A program made the translations under genes and the position numbers. From Rhina ancylostomus (lineage: Eukaryota), in the NCBI GenBank assembly GCA_030265395.1, contig JARFYF010000002.1, positions 58,946,478 to 59,010,477 of the forward strand: a stretch of DNA of 64,000 bases, read 5' to 3'. Position 1 is the stretch's first letter; each line of letters begins with the position of its first letter. Below the pieces are notes generated by a model. It was not told the DNA's origin. It searched no databases and saw nothing but the letters and a program-made list of their open reading frames with translations. This document shows positions 61,561 through 64,000 of the stretch, piece after piece.

Positions 61561-62587
61561 TAAAATGGGAGTGCACTTACTCACATTTAAAGAGTACCAG
61601 AGTACCAATTAATATGTGAACTTCTGAAACCTACAGGTCTTTAGACCAAGTATGAGAAATAGGATTTCACTGGATAATCATCTGGGCCAATCTAAACATG
61701 TTAGACTCATTCTATGCTAAAACAATCTGAGAGTCTACGAAGATCCTCCATGATAAAAGTGACTTGGCTGGCATTAAGCCACATTTTGGTAGAAATTTTA
61801 TCATGATTTGATCCTTCTAGACCTTCTGAGATAAAATTCTGCATGAAAGAAATCTGTTGGAAAAAATGTGTAGTTTGAATGTTAATCCAGATTAGAAACT
61901 GGTTAAAGTAATAGGAAGGAAAGAATATTTGCAAGAAATAGAATTTCAGGTGGTGGGGAAGGGACGAACCGAATTTCTCAGATGTAAAGGCATGTGAGCT
62001 ACATTATGTTCCATACAACCATTACTTGCTTAGAGCTTCTGCTAATATGCCACGGTAACTTCAGAACAAGACTGGCAGAACCACAGATGGATTTGCAAGT
62101 AGTGCTTCTGCCCATCTACCACCAATATACTAAGTTACTGTGCCTGATCAGGAGAAACCCAGAGGAAACACCTGGTGTAAGTATAAGCTTGATGAATTTG
62201 CTGACATGACCAAAAGTCAGGATCTCAGTAGAGAGGGAGGATGCAGCTGTGAGCTTATAGAGGAATTTAGGCTGGTAATGCAATTTGGTAAGCCGATTTA
62301 AAATTAAACATAATATTGATAAACTGCACGTGTTAATAATACATCATAATAATGCAACAAAAAGAAATGTCAGTATCTATCATTTGAAAATACTTTCAAC
62401 AATTAAACTTTAAAATTATGCTGGAGAAAGCAAACCAGGCAAGTCATCCTGGTTTCTGAATGCAGCCTGAAAAAGTAATTAAACTCTGATTTAGTTCATT
62501 CTATAAGTTCACTCATCAAACAAGAACACTCTGTTTGACCTCATGTTCAAATTCACCCATCAATCATATTCTCATTGGCCTTGGGAA

Positions 62588-62900
62588 CTATAAAACTACA
62601 GAAATTATAAGCACAGAAGGACCAATTGCATCAATATCAGTTCTTTACTAAAGCAATCCAAATCTAAACTCACAACTCTGTACTCTTCTTATTTCCCTGT
62701 ATCTTTCTCTGCTTCAGTGTTTCAACCTCTTTTCCCTTAATGGATGCATTAGCCATTAGCAATTCAACCATTTCCTGTGTCAGGGCTTTATTTGCTCCAA
62801 TAACATTTAACATATAGAAATGTCCATCCTCAGTCTCTTAGTGATAACTTTAACTTGATGACTTTTTGTCACTACCTTTCCAGCTTGAAGGTCTTTTTCT
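62588..62900 (-). mobile_element. Old CR1 3' fragment
   Basis: ACAGAAATTATAAGCACAGAAGGACC... CTCTTAGTGATAACTTTAACTTGATGAC degenerate CR1 tail complement. Confidence 0.45.
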
Positions 62901-63469
62901 AATCATTCAGAGGAGGACATAACACATGGACCAACAATGTACAAACTCCTTCACTGGCATTTCACGACCACAGGATCTACATGTCTGCCTCACCCCCCAG
63001 TCATAACACTGATTATGTTCATATCCTCCCCTTACACAAATGAAACATTTTAAAAAATGATCACTTTCATTTTATCTCCTTTTCCTGAATTATATTACAT
63101 TTACCCAATGGAGTCTTACAACCCTGCACAGCCCACTTCTGCAGCCTAACATCCACAAGAGAGGACTGTCTGGGACCCAATGAATTTATTTTGTCCAAAC
63201 TATACTCCATTCTTTCTATCTGAGTCCAGTTCTATTTTACTTCCAATTTTGCTGCCTCCAATGCCCTCTGCTGTTTTGTCAGTTTCCATTTTCCTGGCCC
63301 AACCAGCATATATATTTGACATGAATGTAAAAAACCCTCTAAATCTCCATCTCACACTAGAATGATTTGAGGGCTTCTCACTTTTTCCTTGAACAGAGGC
63401 CAAACCAGTTCCCCATCCACCATCCTATTGACCTGTTCTCTATGAGCTGCACCACTCTGCTGCCCTTAG

Positions 63470-63572
63470 GTTCTTTCAGGTTCTTTAACCTAAAATATTA
63501 ATGTTGATTCTTTCTCTTTGCAAATGCTGTCTGACCTGATGTGCGTTTCCAGCATTTTCCATTTTTATTATA
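63470..63572 (+). mobile_element. Penelope-type terminal fragment
   Basis: CAAATGCTGTCTGACCTGATGTGCGTTTCCAGCATTTTCCATTTTTATT. Confidence 0.55.
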
Positions 63573-64000
63573 CCCAGTGAAATATAATTGCTTTTGTAAA
63601 AGTGCATTAGGTTTGATTGGTTTAAAATAACTGCAGACATTTTGGCACATCCCTCAGATTTCAAATATTACATTTTATTGAAGGGAATAATTTTAAGGAA
63701 AAGGGAAAGTACTCATGTTATACATGTTGGTTTTGAGATGGAGACAGAAATGATTAAATTCATCTCAGCTGCGTATTTCCATCACCAACACTGGTGAACC
63801 TTACCCTTCCAAATTTAAAGCATCCATCTCTGTGACCTTAATGGAACAACTTAGCTGAACATACTTGCACCTTAACTGAAGAAAAATATATTGCCTTGAA
63901 CATTGCAAAATATTCCTGGTTTGTTATCCTATGATTCATCATCTGATCTGCAGTCAGCATTGCCCTAATGGATTTGTTATGTACTCAGAGTGACACGTGT

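Noticed and set aside
1-64000. CRISPR array, rRNA or prokaryotic operon
   Set aside because: No regularly spaced repeat-spacer array, rRNA motif or dense ORF structure; the sequence is vertebrate and dominated by transposable elements

Overview
AT-rich vertebrate genomic DNA with many N gaps, no recognisable host exon, rRNA, tRNA gene or CRISPR array. The repeat content (CR1, L2, Rex1/Babar, RTE and Crack-like LINE fragments, V-type and Deu-type tRNA-derived SINEs, Penelope-type repeats with decayed hammerhead motifs) points to a cartilaginous fish, probably a batoid (inference). It is most likely a large intron or gene desert. Main points: (1) three dispersed fragments of an R2-type non-LTR retrotransposon with no 28S rDNA target in sight: a three-zinc-finger + Myb N-terminus at about 60.0-61.6 kb, an RT C-terminal piece at 21.8-22.2 kb and a second 5' copy at 58.7 kb; (2) a 3.5-kb LTR-bounded, apparently non-coding insertion (50246-53736) with one shared 5-bp TSD that splits a CR1 LINE; (3) at least six decayed minimal type-I hammerhead ribozyme motifs in Penelope-type repeats; (4) three LTR families, two of which seed microsatellites. 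All family calls come from reading motifs by eye; no database search was run.
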